Positions 19,101-27,755 of a stretch of 64,000 nt of DNA are shown here, piece after piece (position 1 is the stretch's first letter; each line of letters begins with the position of its first letter). The translations under genes and the position numbers were made by a program. Source of the DNA: Nitrospirae bacterium MYbin3 (lineage in GTDB: Bacteria > Nitrospirota > Thermodesulfovibrionia > Thermodesulfovibrionales > Dissulfurispiraceae); NCBI GenBank assembly GCA_002753335.1, contig PEAD01000001.1:62001-126000 (forward strand), in the 5' to 3' direction. The notes under the pieces are model-generated. The model did not search any database. It was not told the DNA's origin and saw nothing but the letters and a program-made list of their open reading frames with translations.

Positions 19101-19727
19101 ATTCGCGATTTGGGCCCACAAAATCTCGGAACCATTGAAGAATACGAGGAACATAAAACCCGTTACGACTTCCTCAGCAAGCAGCAGCAGGACCTTACCA
19201 TGTCCATTGCCGAACTCGAAGAGGCAATCAGCAGGATAAACGCCACCACCAAGAAAAAATTGCGCGAGGCTTATGATACTCTTAGAACCAAGTTTGGTGA
19301 GGTTTTTGCAAATCTATTTTCGGGCGGCAGGGCAGATATAATTCTTACGGATGAAGAGAACATACTCGAATCAGGAATCGAGATAATCGCGCAGCCTCCG
19401 GGCAAAAAGCTTCAAAACCTCAATCTGCTTTCGGGCGGAGAAAAAGCCCTAACCTCGCTCTCTCTGCTGTTTGCCGGGTTCCTCATAAAACCGAGCCCTC
19501 TCTGCATTCTTGACGAAGCGGACGCACCGCTCGATGAATCCAACACCGTAAGGTTTGCGCAGATGATAAAAGACCTATCGAACGAAACGCAGTTTATAGT
19601 CATAACCCATAACAGAATGACTATGGAAAAGGCCGATTACCTTTACGGCGTGACTATGGAAGAAAAGGGCGTATCAAAGACTTTATCGCTGCAGTTCTCC
19701 GAAATCGAAGACGTTGTTCAGAATTAA
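16158..19727 (+). CDS. smc: Chromosome segregation protein SMC
   Basis: GFKSFA, GPNGCGKSN, long coiled coils with hinge, LSGGEK, LDEADAPLD. Confidence 0.97.
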   Translation: MKIKQIELIGFKSFAERTLLYLHDGITCFVGPNGCGKSNVSDAFRWVLGEQSAKSLRGDKMEDVIFHGTDAKKSKGMADVTLTFSKSVGGKSENGNGGSKEDPDADEIIVSRRLYRSGESEYLLNKRQCRLKDIRDIFLDTGLDVKSYSILDQGKIADIVNAKPIDRRFLIEEVAGVMKYKVRKAEALSKLESSKQNLQRINDIVYEVKRQINSLDRQVKKAERYKRLIEELKELELRVFKREFLGFSAILKDLMSDIERLRELDSSKRSGLSDIENRLEARRLALVEREKTLEDIEKRFHEKERQLADSETRGAVLKKGLESYRADIERLSRQKDEAVSRREELEKKTAELSELEISMTANAAEISGKLESRKRYSAEKEENIKNREQSLNNKRKDLFKASETVSERKNELQRLHAANDNLAYQEGVSLRDIDTISAELAEMKVSIADAETFIQTKTIEHRQLQEQRDTLRVDIDRTAAGIEDRKTRLSLIREELASATARMNSLKELIVDRTLSDFLAESQSSEGHGYEVLSDILSANKEYEKAIEAVLSEKVNSLIIENLDELLNAVSIIKEKKLGKTALLFTGCLNSEASLNEVAAGDGVLGRTSDFISFEKEESRKKAVGLLENTYIIQDLRSAVALRANDKFRNKILVTLDGEVIDTDGIIFAGQGREILKKKREIKELQQLIAEQQQQISDTENDLASLASTLNEKKETLLTLENRIVEIEKDLSLAKHSFTGQREEYERRERKLSLLQTDLTRIAGEKESLNLLLASKSSEISALESEVKDINEAVEFLQQQLAETRKEHEAVQAEINELNVSVATIRERLNALKNEISGIQSTIADLEKIKESAMQEVLRAESHIKSSLEELGNIENAMKVIASEAAVLSTELLSRREGIDAEKQALADEATVLKAMRMDIDAVTQELNEANTNAVTNKLKIENIENAVAQRYGLKIAEEEILTEGFEPAADQEKIDQLNEKIRDLGPQNLGTIEEYEEHKTRYDFLSKQQQDLTMSIAELEEAISRINATTKKKLREAYDTLRTKFGEVFANLFSGGRADIILTDEENILESGIEIIAQPPGKKLQNLNLLSGGEKALTSLSLLFAGFLIKPSPLCILDEADAPLDESNTVRFAQMIKDLSNETQFIVITHNRMTMEKADYLYGVTMEEKGVSKTLSLQFSEIEDVVQN

Positions 19728-19730
19728 CAA

Positions 19731-21002
19731 TCAAAAAAGCATCTTCTGGCCTTTTACTTCTTTACGCTGAACATCTTCAAATATTTTAACCTTACCGTAT
19801 TCGCCGTCATATCCGGGCGCTATATGAACATTCCCGGAGCGAACCCGTGATATAGCATCTCTAAGAAGCGGCGTGGATGCGCGTTCAATTTCATCAAGCG
19901 GAGTGTGCATCAATATTTTGAATTCGCTGCCTAATTTTTCTAAGAGTTCTGAATAGATTTTCCCAACCGCTTTACTGCTTGGGCCTACTTTTATGGTTTC
20001 GGCAATTATTTCGGGCAGTGGTATTATCGAGGTGAATGGCTGACTATTCTCAGGCATAAATCCTTCATCTCTGTCTGCCAGCTTTTCGACCCGGTGCATA
20101 ACACCCACAGTAACCTTCTTGCCGCAGACCGGACATAGATAAAAGTGCGACATAGTCTCCTTAGGCGTAAGGCTTACACCGCAGTTGCGATGACCGTCAT
20201 AGTGATATTTGCCCTCTTCGGGGAAAAACTCGATTGTGCCTTCAAAGCCTTTGCGGGACTTTATTGCCCTAATAATAGCCTCGTATGAAATATCGGTATC
20301 GAATATGTTGGCCTCTCGCCCTATCTTTTGCGGAGAATGGCAGTCCGAATTAGATATAAGAGTGACCCTGTCGAGCGCCGACAACCGCCGGTTCATTAAC
20401 GGGTCTGAAGATAGGCCTGTTTCGATAGCGTAGATATGGCTTGTCAGCTCATCAAAGCATTCTTCAAGAGAATCGAATCCGGATTCGGAGCCGAGCACAG
20501 AAAAATGCGGGGTCCATGCGTGTGCAGGCACCACAAGAACATTTGGGCAGGAATCGAGCGCTATTTTCAAAAGTTCTTTTGCGTCCAGCCCCAATATCGG
20601 CCTGCCATCCGAATTAATGTTGCCTATTTTAGAAAGCGCGATATTTATCTTTGCCGCATCCTTGAAATCGGGGCAATAAAGCAGGACATGCACTTTTCTT
20701 GTTTTGCCGCTTTTTTTGTAGATGCAGCTTATCTCTGCCGATAGCATAAAAAAAACATCCGCGCTGCAACTGCTGGGAACATCGGCTGAGCAAAAATCTT
20801 TTTTTAATCTAAAGAGGCCATTCCCGGTATCGTTCAGTTTTTCGCTCAACTCCTTAAACCACTGCGGATGGGTAAAGTCACCCGTACCGATAACCGTAAT
20901 TCCCTTGAGCTGCGCCCATTTCCAGATGCTTTCGGGCGACATGTCCTTGCTCGTTGCACGCGAGTATTTCGAATGAATGTGCAGATCGGCTATAAAACGC
21001 AT
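19731..21002 (-). CDS. Endonuclease Q-family PHP-domain protein
   Basis: ADLHIHSKYSRATS, GTGDFTHP, ETGLSSD, GKYHYDGHR.C, CPVC, PGYDGEYG. Confidence 0.88.
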   Translation of the reverse strand: MRFIADLHIHSKYSRATSKDMSPESIWKWAQLKGITVIGTGDFTHPQWFKELSEKLNDTGNGLFRLKKDFCSADVPSSCSADVFFMLSAEISCIYKKSGKTRKVHVLLYCPDFKDAAKINIALSKIGNINSDGRPILGLDAKELLKIALDSCPNVLVVPAHAWTPHFSVLGSESGFDSLEECFDELTSHIYAIETGLSSDPLMNRRLSALDRVTLISNSDCHSPQKIGREANIFDTDISYEAIIRAIKSRKGFEGTIEFFPEEGKYHYDGHRNCGVSLTPKETMSHFYLCPVCGKKVTVGVMHRVEKLADRDEGFMPENSQPFTSIIPLPEIIAETIKVGPSSKAVGKIYSELLEKLGSEFKILMHTPLDEIERASTPLLRDAISRVRSGNVHIAPGYDGEYGKVKIFEDVQRKEVKGQKMLF

Positions 21003-21055
21003 TCCGGATTATACCACGAAGAAAATTAGTTGAGTTTCGACTATTGTTTTTCAGG

Positions 21056-21236
21056 CAACGATAGGGATAAATTCCTTCCGTTCAGGGCTGCGTTTTGACA
21101 GCTCTGAATGCTCAGTCAGCTACAGCCGTGCAACTCGGCCTTCGGCCTCAAACACGCGCGGCTGTTTAACGCTTCTTTTCGCAAAGAGCTGTTGCCAAAA
21201 CTCCGCATTAACTTCAGGAACTTATCCCTATCATTG
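21056..21236. repeat. Long imperfect palindromic element (MITE/REP-like or structured RNA)
   Basis: Terminal IR GATAGGGATAA/TTATCCCTATC; nested stems GACAGCTCT/AGAGCTGTT and ACAGCCGTGC/GCGCGGCTGT; GGCC-TTCG-GCC hairpin. Confidence 0.75.
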
Positions 21237-21295
21237 AACTGGTGGACAATTACGCAGCCTGATTTTTTATGTTTCAGAAAGGTATATTAGAACTT

Positions 21296-22084
21296 ATGCG
21301 AATGACGAAAATATTGCTTATTATTACAGCGATTGCAGCATGCGGTTTTGCGCTCTACATCTTATCAGCCTTTATCTATCCTGATGTTTCACGCTTGGCA
21401 AAAGAGGCTCCGCAAAAATCGGCTTTTATGGAACACCGAGAAAAACAGTGGGCGGCAAAGGGCATAAAGATTAAAATCCGCAAGGCATGGGCGCCCCTTT
21501 CAATCGTTTCGCCTTACCTTATAAAGGCTGTGCTTATTGCTGAAGACGACAAGTTCTGGTCGCATGAAGGCTTTGATTTCGAGGCGATGCAAAAAGCGGT
21601 CGAAAAAGATCTTAAAGAAAAAAAGTTTAAGTTTGGCGGGAGCACTATAAGCCAGCAGCTTGCCAAAAATCTTTATCTGTCGCCGTCCAAAAACCCTGCG
21701 AGAAAATTAAGAGAGGCGATTCTTACTTGGCGCATAGAAAGAAACCTGACTAAAAAACGGATACTAGAACTTTATCTTAATATTGCGGAATGGGGTGACG
21801 GCCTATTCGGAATAGAAGCGGCGGCGAGACATTACTATGCTAAACCGGCTTCAGCCTTATCTCCGCAGGAATCGGCACGTCTTGCATCTGTGCTGCCGAA
21901 TCCTCTTAAATACAATCCGTTGTCTTCATCCGGCTATGTACAAAACCGGTCGCAAATCATTTACAACATCATGCTAAGGCGTGGCATAGTGATACCTGAA
22001 TATTCAGAAATAATGTCTGGAGGAGAGGCTGTAACGGACAATGCATCGTTGCCGACGCAAACTACTTCATCAGAAATTCGGTAA
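21296..22084 (+). CDS. mtgA: Monofunctional peptidoglycan transglycosylase
   Basis: AEDDKFWSHEGFD, GGSTISQQLAKNL, RKLRE, KKRILELYLN. Confidence 0.92.
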   Translation: MRMTKILLIITAIAACGFALYILSAFIYPDVSRLAKEAPQKSAFMEHREKQWAAKGIKIKIRKAWAPLSIVSPYLIKAVLIAEDDKFWSHEGFDFEAMQKAVEKDLKEKKFKFGGSTISQQLAKNLYLSPSKNPARKLREAILTWRIERNLTKKRILELYLNIAEWGDGLFGIEAAARHYYAKPASALSPQESARLASVLPNPLKYNPLSSSGYVQNRSQIIYNIMLRRGIVIPEYSEIMSGGEAVTDNASLPTQTTSSEIR

Positions 22085-22493
22085 AATAAACATTCTGCAC
22101 AGCCTTATCCCCAATCATCTGGCTCGACAGCTCATTAATCTCGTCTTTCAGCTGCATCTTTCCTTCGGGGGATAAAAGCATGTCAAATGTCTTCTGAGTT
22201 ACAAGCGTTATAACAATATCCCTCAATATCGCAGATTTAACCTTGGCCTTCTCTGCTACAACGGGGTCTGCAAATTCAAAGCTGACCGCAAGCTTGATAA
22301 ATTTCTTTGCAGTGTATGCTCCCGCGTTCATTATGAACGGATCGAGGGTTAGCATCACCGGTTCCGGTTTTAAAACTTTCTTATCCGGCTCTTTTCCGTC
22401 GCTTGTGGAGCTGCACGAAGAAAAAAGGGCTAAGATAAACAGAACCGAAACGATAACACCTAACTGTTTAAATGCTTTTAAAAAGATATTCAC
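22062..22493 (-). CDS. fliL: FliL-family protein
   Basis: LDPFIMN, LRDIVI, EGKMQLKDEI, NVYFTEF C-terminal motif. Confidence 0.75.
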   Translation of the reverse strand: MNIFLKAFKQLGVIVSVLFILALFSSCSSTSDGKEPDKKVLKPEPVMLTLDPFIMNAGAYTAKKFIKLAVSFEFADPVVAEKAKVKSAILRDIVITLVTQKTFDMLLSPEGKMQLKDEINELSSQMIGDKAVQNVYFTEFLMK

Positions 22494-22635
22494 AAAGCTA
22501 AACTCCTGATTAGGCCAAAGTATATACTTACAGTTTATAGGAGACGAAGAATTCCGGTCAATAATCTGCTAAGGCTTGATACCATTGGGTTTTAAGGCGA
22601 GTAGGGCATTAAATCCATGCCAGAAGCTGTGCTGC

Positions 22636-22679
22636 AAAAAGTATGGTGAGAAGCTTGATTAAGCCTCTCACCATACTTT
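22636..22679 (-). terminator. Rho-independent terminator
   Basis: AAAGTATGGTGAGA...TCTCACCATACTTT stem with minus-strand T run, downstream of the lipoprotein gene. Confidence 0.7.
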
Positions 22680-22688
22680 AATTGAACT

Positions 22689-23228
22689 TCATTTTGCTGT
22701 CTTCTCTTTTTCGGTTGCAGCCGCAGATTTAACCAGCTTGATATCCCTGAACCAGACCTTAAAAACACCGTGCTCCTTGCTCAAAAAACCGACCTCAAGA
22801 ATATTAATAGTTTTGGGTTCGGGATTAATGCCAGAAAAACTGAGCGTAACTTTTGTGGGCACTGTTTTCAAAAGAAGCGTCTGCGGCTTAATAGACTCTT
22901 TTGCTCCAAAACGTATTCTCTTCGCATAATACTCATTGCCAAGGTTGTCGAAAATTCTTGATGTATAGGTGTCACGTTCGGTGAAAAGACTTTTCTCTTC
23001 GGCGGTGGCTATAAGGGTTCTCTCTTCCCCTTTATTTGTTACCATAACATCACAGCTAATTTTGTCTTTAATCATCCGGCATTCCGAGAATTTGAACAAG
23101 AAACCTAAGTACTCCACGCTGTGCGGGTCGGGCTTAGCTTCTTTTTTCTCGGCATCTGCTGTATAGGCGCGCGGTGCGCAGCCAACAAGAACAGCAAAGC
23201 ATGCGATTATCAAAATTTTTCGAATCAT
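22689..23228 (-). CDS. Hypothetical lipoprotein
   Basis: Lipobox LVGC, GGAGG RBS; probably co-transcribed with the multiheme cytochrome. Confidence 0.65.
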   Translation of the reverse strand: MIRKILIIACFAVLVGCAPRAYTADAEKKEAKPDPHSVEYLGFLFKFSECRMIKDKISCDVMVTNKGEERTLIATAEEKSLFTERDTYTSRIFDNLGNEYYAKRIRFGAKESIKPQTLLLKTVPTKVTLSFSGINPEPKTINILEVGFLSKEHGVFKVWFRDIKLVKSAAATEKEKTAK

Positions 23229-23247
23229 CAAAACACCTCCCAATAAA

Positions 23248-24555
23248 TTATCTTTTCTTTGCCGGTTCCAAAGAATCTTTTTTAAGTCTTTTTAAATATT
23301 TTACTAGTGACTCAGGAGAGTCGTTTTTATGATAATGACAAAGGTTGCATGAGTTTGGCTGCTTGTCTGTGCCTCCTTTGTTAATACTCTCTTGTGGCAA
23401 TATGACTCTGAACGAATGATCGGATATGTCGTTAGGAACTGCGCTCTGCGCGGTCCTCGGCATATGGCAGGTGGCGCAGCCGATTACACCATGAAGCGAA
23501 TGAATGCTGCGCTCACTTTTATCGGTCTCCCCCGAATGGCAGCTAAGACAGACAGACCAGCCGGAAGATTTGAGCGAATACCTTTCGGTGACTCCTTTTC
23601 TGTGCACTTCATGACAGGTCCAACAGTTTACACCGTAGTTTGCGTGGCCGCTTTTTTTCCAGTCGGAGTATTGCTGACCGTTGCATTTTGAGCTTCCGTT
23701 GGGCCAAAGCACCGGCTTTTCCACAAAGTATTCTGTCAGCATCTTGCCGGGCTTAAAGCCTTTCGGATATTCATATTTACTATCGGTAGAAATGCCTCTT
23801 GCATGGCATTGTCCGCATATCATTGCGCCCACAAAAGTTGGCAGCTTCCGGGGATTTATTATCGCTTCGCGCTTCTCGGCTTCGGTTGCAGCCTCTATAT
23901 GCTTGCTGCCCGGTCCATGGCAAGCCTCGCAGCCGGCACCGTTGTCCGCCCATTTTGTGTCTTTGAATGTATCATTCTTCTCGTCATACTCAAACTCAAG
24001 ATTAGTCACATGGCATGAACCGCATTGTGTTTGCCATGTATTGACTTTATCGCTCCAGTACTTTCCGCTTCCGGGTGTAGCTGTTTTAAGCCCTCTGTAA
24101 TCAACCCATTCACTCGTTTTTACATTCCATTGCACCGGCAAAACCTTATATGCCCCATTTGAGAATTTTGTCATATAGCGCTGCTGCCATGTGCCGCCAA
24201 TTGTATATCCAACAAGATATTCTTGGGCTTTGCCGTCAGGACCGTAAGTGTTGATGTAGAATTTCCCGTCTTTCTTTTTCATGGTGGTTACAAACTTCTT
24301 GCCGTCCTTTTCAACGGTCAGCTTGTTGTTGTTTGTAAAATCGCCCACTACCGTATATTCGTTTGCCAGCTGAATCTTTTTTGTGTGCAGGGTTTCTGTC
24401 CAGCCGGTATAAATTCTCACGTGGCATTTTTCACAAGCCTTGGACCCAACATACTGCGCCTTTTCTACAGCATCAATATTGAGAGGAAATGCGATTTGAG
24501 CCGAAAAAAATATTGCCAGAAAAACAATTCCGGTTACAAACTTAACCTTTGACAT
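23248..24555 (-). CDS. Periplasmic octaheme c-type cytochrome
   Basis: Signal peptide; eight CxxCH motifs (CEKCH, CGSCH, CEACH, CGQCH, CWTCH, CLSCH, CATCH, CNLCH). Confidence 0.9.
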   Translation of the reverse strand: MSKVKFVTGIVFLAIFFSAQIAFPLNIDAVEKAQYVGSKACEKCHVRIYTGWTETLHTKKIQLANEYTVVGDFTNNNKLTVEKDGKKFVTTMKKKDGKFYINTYGPDGKAQEYLVGYTIGGTWQQRYMTKFSNGAYKVLPVQWNVKTSEWVDYRGLKTATPGSGKYWSDKVNTWQTQCGSCHVTNLEFEYDEKNDTFKDTKWADNGAGCEACHGPGSKHIEAATEAEKREAIINPRKLPTFVGAMICGQCHARGISTDSKYEYPKGFKPGKMLTEYFVEKPVLWPNGSSKCNGQQYSDWKKSGHANYGVNCWTCHEVHRKGVTERYSLKSSGWSVCLSCHSGETDKSERSIHSLHGVIGCATCHMPRTAQSAVPNDISDHSFRVILPQESINKGGTDKQPNSCNLCHYHKNDSPESLVKYLKRLKKDSLEPAKKR

Positions 24556-24670
24556 ATCTTGTATCCTTTCCTTGCTCGTATTTTCAGATATTATATACCA
24601 TAACAGCGTGACATGTTCTAATAATGTCTATCCAAATTGGAACAGCATAGATTATGATAACTAGGCAAAA

Positions 24671-26881
24671 ATGCAAGATAAAGAAGATTTAATCAAAGAG
24701 CTTTCTGAACTCTGCGGCATCCTGCCCGAATACTGGGATATGGGCGGCACGCGGCATGAGGCCTCAATCGAAACACAAAAGGCAATACTTTGCGCCATGG
24801 GGATAAGACCCGAATCGGACGAAGTTTTGGTTGAAGAAATTAAAAAACGTAAAAGGTATCCGTGGGACTCTTTTTTGGCGCCTGTTACGGTGCTTTCATG
24901 CAGCATAAACCTCTTATCCGTAGCAATATATCTGCCTTTGATGCCCGGCGAAGAAAATGGTCTTTCTCTTTCTTGGATTATCACAAATGAAAAAGGCAAC
25001 AGCGATGAAGGCGTGTTTTCAGGCAGCGCTATAGTCATAGCTGAAGAACGTGTTTTTGAAGATGAGAAGCGCTTTGTAAAAATAGTTATACCTTGCGAAT
25101 CTGCGCGCGAGCCCGGATATTACACCATCTCTGTCAGGGCAGAGCATTCCGCAGGCTTTCCGGGCGGCCAACCCACAATAAAAAAAACCGGCCGCCTTAT
25201 AGTCGCGCCTGATGCATGTTACATTCCTCCAAAACTCGAGGAAGGCAGGACTTGGGGGCTGTCGGTAAATCTTTATTCAATAAAGTCCGCTCAGAACTGG
25301 GGTGTCGGAGATTTCGGAGACCTAAAAGAGCTTGTCAGGCTTTCATCAAAAGAGGGCGCCGGTTTTGTGGGAATAAATCCGCTGCATGCGATACCGAACA
25401 AAAGCCCATTAGGCATCAGCCCTTATTCGCCTGTCAGCAGGCTGTTTAAAAATTTTATTTATATCGACATGAGGGCTTTGCCGGGAGTCGAAAAGTGCAA
25501 GAAACTCAAAAACCTTATGGTGTCCAAAAAGTTTTTATCAGCGCTAAATAAGCTTCGCTCACAGGAGTTTATCAACTATGAGCCTGTTGCGTCTCTAAAG
25601 TTTGAAGCGCTCAACGTTGCTTTTGAGTATTTTTATAAAAATGATTTTCTTGCCGGAACCAGTAACGGCAACAGTTTTAAGAAATTTGTCAGGAACGGCG
25701 ACAGAGAACTAGATGCTTTTGCAGCGTATATGACAATTGCCGAAAAGGCAGGATGCGGTTTGAATTGGCAGTCTTGGCCAGAAAAATATAAGACAAACCG
25801 CAGCAAGGCAACAACAGCTTTCAAAACCAAAAACAAAAAAAGAATACTTTTCTATAAATACATCCAATGGGTGATTGAACTGCAACAGGCAGAGATTGCA
25901 AAGCTTGCTCATAATTCAGAAATGAGTATAGGCCTTTATCACGACCTTGCGATAGGCTCATCAGGCGGAGGCAGCGATGATTGGGCGCATCAGGATGTAA
26001 TTGCATTTGATGCTGATGTTGGCGCGCCGCCTGACGGGTTTAATCCAAAAGGCCAGAACTGGGGATTCCCCCCCATCCGCCCCGAATCTTTGGTTGAAAC
26101 TGGATATGAGTTTTTGGTGCAGACCCTGCGCAGAAATATGCAGCATGCCGGTGCGATTCGCATAGACCATGCGCTCAGCATATTCAGGCTCTTCTGGATT
26201 CCAAGGGGGCTTGAGGCTTCAGCTGGAGCTTACGTTCGATATCCTTCGGAAGACATTCTGAAAATTATTGCCTTAGAAAGCATAAGAAACAAAACTGCTG
26301 TTATTGCCGAAGACTTGGGAACTGTAGGTGATGACATAAAAGAAAGGCTTATGAATTATAAAATGCTTTCGTACCGTCTGCTTTATTTTGAACGGAACTA
26401 TCCTGATCCGTCTTTCAGGCAGCCCGACGCATACCCGCAGATGGCCCTTTGTGCGGTTACCACACATGACCTGCCAACGCTGTCCGGCTATTGGCAGGGC
26501 CGGGACATAATGCTGAGAAACAAACTTGGCCTATATAAAGACGAAGACGCGATGAAAGCCGAACTGCTTGACAGAGAAAGAACCCGCGAACTTTTGCTAG
26601 AGGCTTTAAAATCAAAAGATATTTTTATAACAGAGACCGATGAGATGACCGAAGAGCTTTGTCTTGCGGTTTATGAATACCTTTCAAAGGCTCCATGCAA
26701 ATTACTGTCTGTGAGCCTCGACGACATAACCGGCTCGCGCGACCAGCAGAATATGCCCGGAGTGACCACCGCTTACCCGAGCTGGATGCGCAAGACCTTG
26801 CTGACCATAGATGAGCTTAAAAGCATAGGTGTTGTCCAGCGGTTGGCGCAGATTTTCAAGAAAGATGGCCGCAGCGCTTAA
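24671..26881 (+). CDS. malQ: 4-alpha-glucanotransferase (GH77)
   Basis: WGVGDFGDL, SPYSPVSR, DLAIG, GAPPD, GQNWGFPP, RIDH, AEDLG, TTHDLPT. Confidence 0.95.
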   Translation: MQDKEDLIKELSELCGILPEYWDMGGTRHEASIETQKAILCAMGIRPESDEVLVEEIKKRKRYPWDSFLAPVTVLSCSINLLSVAIYLPLMPGEENGLSLSWIITNEKGNSDEGVFSGSAIVIAEERVFEDEKRFVKIVIPCESAREPGYYTISVRAEHSAGFPGGQPTIKKTGRLIVAPDACYIPPKLEEGRTWGLSVNLYSIKSAQNWGVGDFGDLKELVRLSSKEGAGFVGINPLHAIPNKSPLGISPYSPVSRLFKNFIYIDMRALPGVEKCKKLKNLMVSKKFLSALNKLRSQEFINYEPVASLKFEALNVAFEYFYKNDFLAGTSNGNSFKKFVRNGDRELDAFAAYMTIAEKAGCGLNWQSWPEKYKTNRSKATTAFKTKNKKRILFYKYIQWVIELQQAEIAKLAHNSEMSIGLYHDLAIGSSGGGSDDWAHQDVIAFDADVGAPPDGFNPKGQNWGFPPIRPESLVETGYEFLVQTLRRNMQHAGAIRIDHALSIFRLFWIPRGLEASAGAYVRYPSEDILKIIALESIRNKTAVIAEDLGTVGDDIKERLMNYKMLSYRLLYFERNYPDPSFRQPDAYPQMALCAVTTHDLPTLSGYWQGRDIMLRNKLGLYKDEDAMKAELLDRERTRELLLEALKSKDIFITETDEMTEELCLAVYEYLSKAPCKLLSVSLDDITGSRDQQNMPGVTTAYPSWMRKTLLTIDELKSIGVVQRLAQIFKKDGRSA

Positions 26882-26935
26882 AGCTTATACGCTGGTTAAT
26901 CTAGCTACCCGAAACAATTTTAGGTGGAGGCAAAC

Positions 26936-27661
26936 ATGACAGAATTCAGTTGCAATCTATGCGGTGCTGTTTGGCAAAAACATGGAAGCACCAACTGTTG
27001 GAGCGCCAATCCAGATACAGCACCCCCAAAGCCCGGCTACTGCCCATCGCAAGATAAGATGGGACTGATAAAAGAAAGCTTTGATTTGTATAAAGGTGAC
27101 AGCGAGGATGCACGGATAGCACAAACGGCAACGCGTGTTGAAGGCCTTTGCTATGAGCATATCCCTGGCAGCAATGCGGTTCATGCGCGCTGGACACGAG
27201 TTGAAGATACGATAGCTTTTGCAAAGCTTATGGGGTACAAAAAAATAGGCATCGCAACATGTATAGGGCTTCTCTACGAAACCAATCGCCTTGCGCTGAT
27301 TCTTAAAGCTCAAGAATTTGAGCCTCTGTCTGTATGCTGCAAAAGCGGCAGTCTGGACAAGCTTGAACTTGGCGTAGGCGAAAACGACAAGGTTCGGCCC
27401 GGAACTTTTGAGCCGGCATGCAATCCTGTTGCGCAAGCGCGGCTGCTAAATGAGGCCAAAACAGATATGAACATAATAGTCGGCCTATGTGTTGGACACG
27501 ATATGCTTTTTAGTAAATATTCCAATGCACCGGTCACAACACTCGTAGTAAAAGATCGTGTTGCCGGCCACAATCCGGTAAGCGTCCTCTACGGTCAAAA
27601 CTTTTACTACAAGAGGCTTCAGAATCAGAAAGTGGATGTTGAACGGAAAAATAAGTATTGA
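26936..27661 (+). CDS. DUF1847-like Cys-rich metal-binding protein
   Basis: TRVE, KKIGIATCIGL, CNPVAQA, GLCVGHD, KDRVAGHNP. Confidence 0.85.
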   Translation: MTEFSCNLCGAVWQKHGSTNCWSANPDTAPPKPGYCPSQDKMGLIKESFDLYKGDSEDARIAQTATRVEGLCYEHIPGSNAVHARWTRVEDTIAFAKLMGYKKIGIATCIGLLYETNRLALILKAQEFEPLSVCCKSGSLDKLELGVGENDKVRPGTFEPACNPVAQARLLNEAKTDMNIIVGLCVGHDMLFSKYSNAPVTTLVVKDRVAGHNPVSVLYGQNFYYKRLQNQKVDVERKNKY

Positions 27662-27755
27662 TGGTATGAATTGGTCTTGCTGTTCGTTATTGGGTTGCTT
27701 CTACAAACACGCATTTTTTTATAGACTGGAAAGTGCTAATTTCTGGTTGAACTTG

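Noticed and set aside
21108..21290. 60-aa ORF upstream of mtgA
   Set aside because: It lies within the palindromic repeat element and has no RBS or protein-like features.
22572..22596. Tyrosine-recombinase att-like core (GGCTTGATACCATTGGGTTTT)
   Set aside because: No second copy and no integrase in the window.
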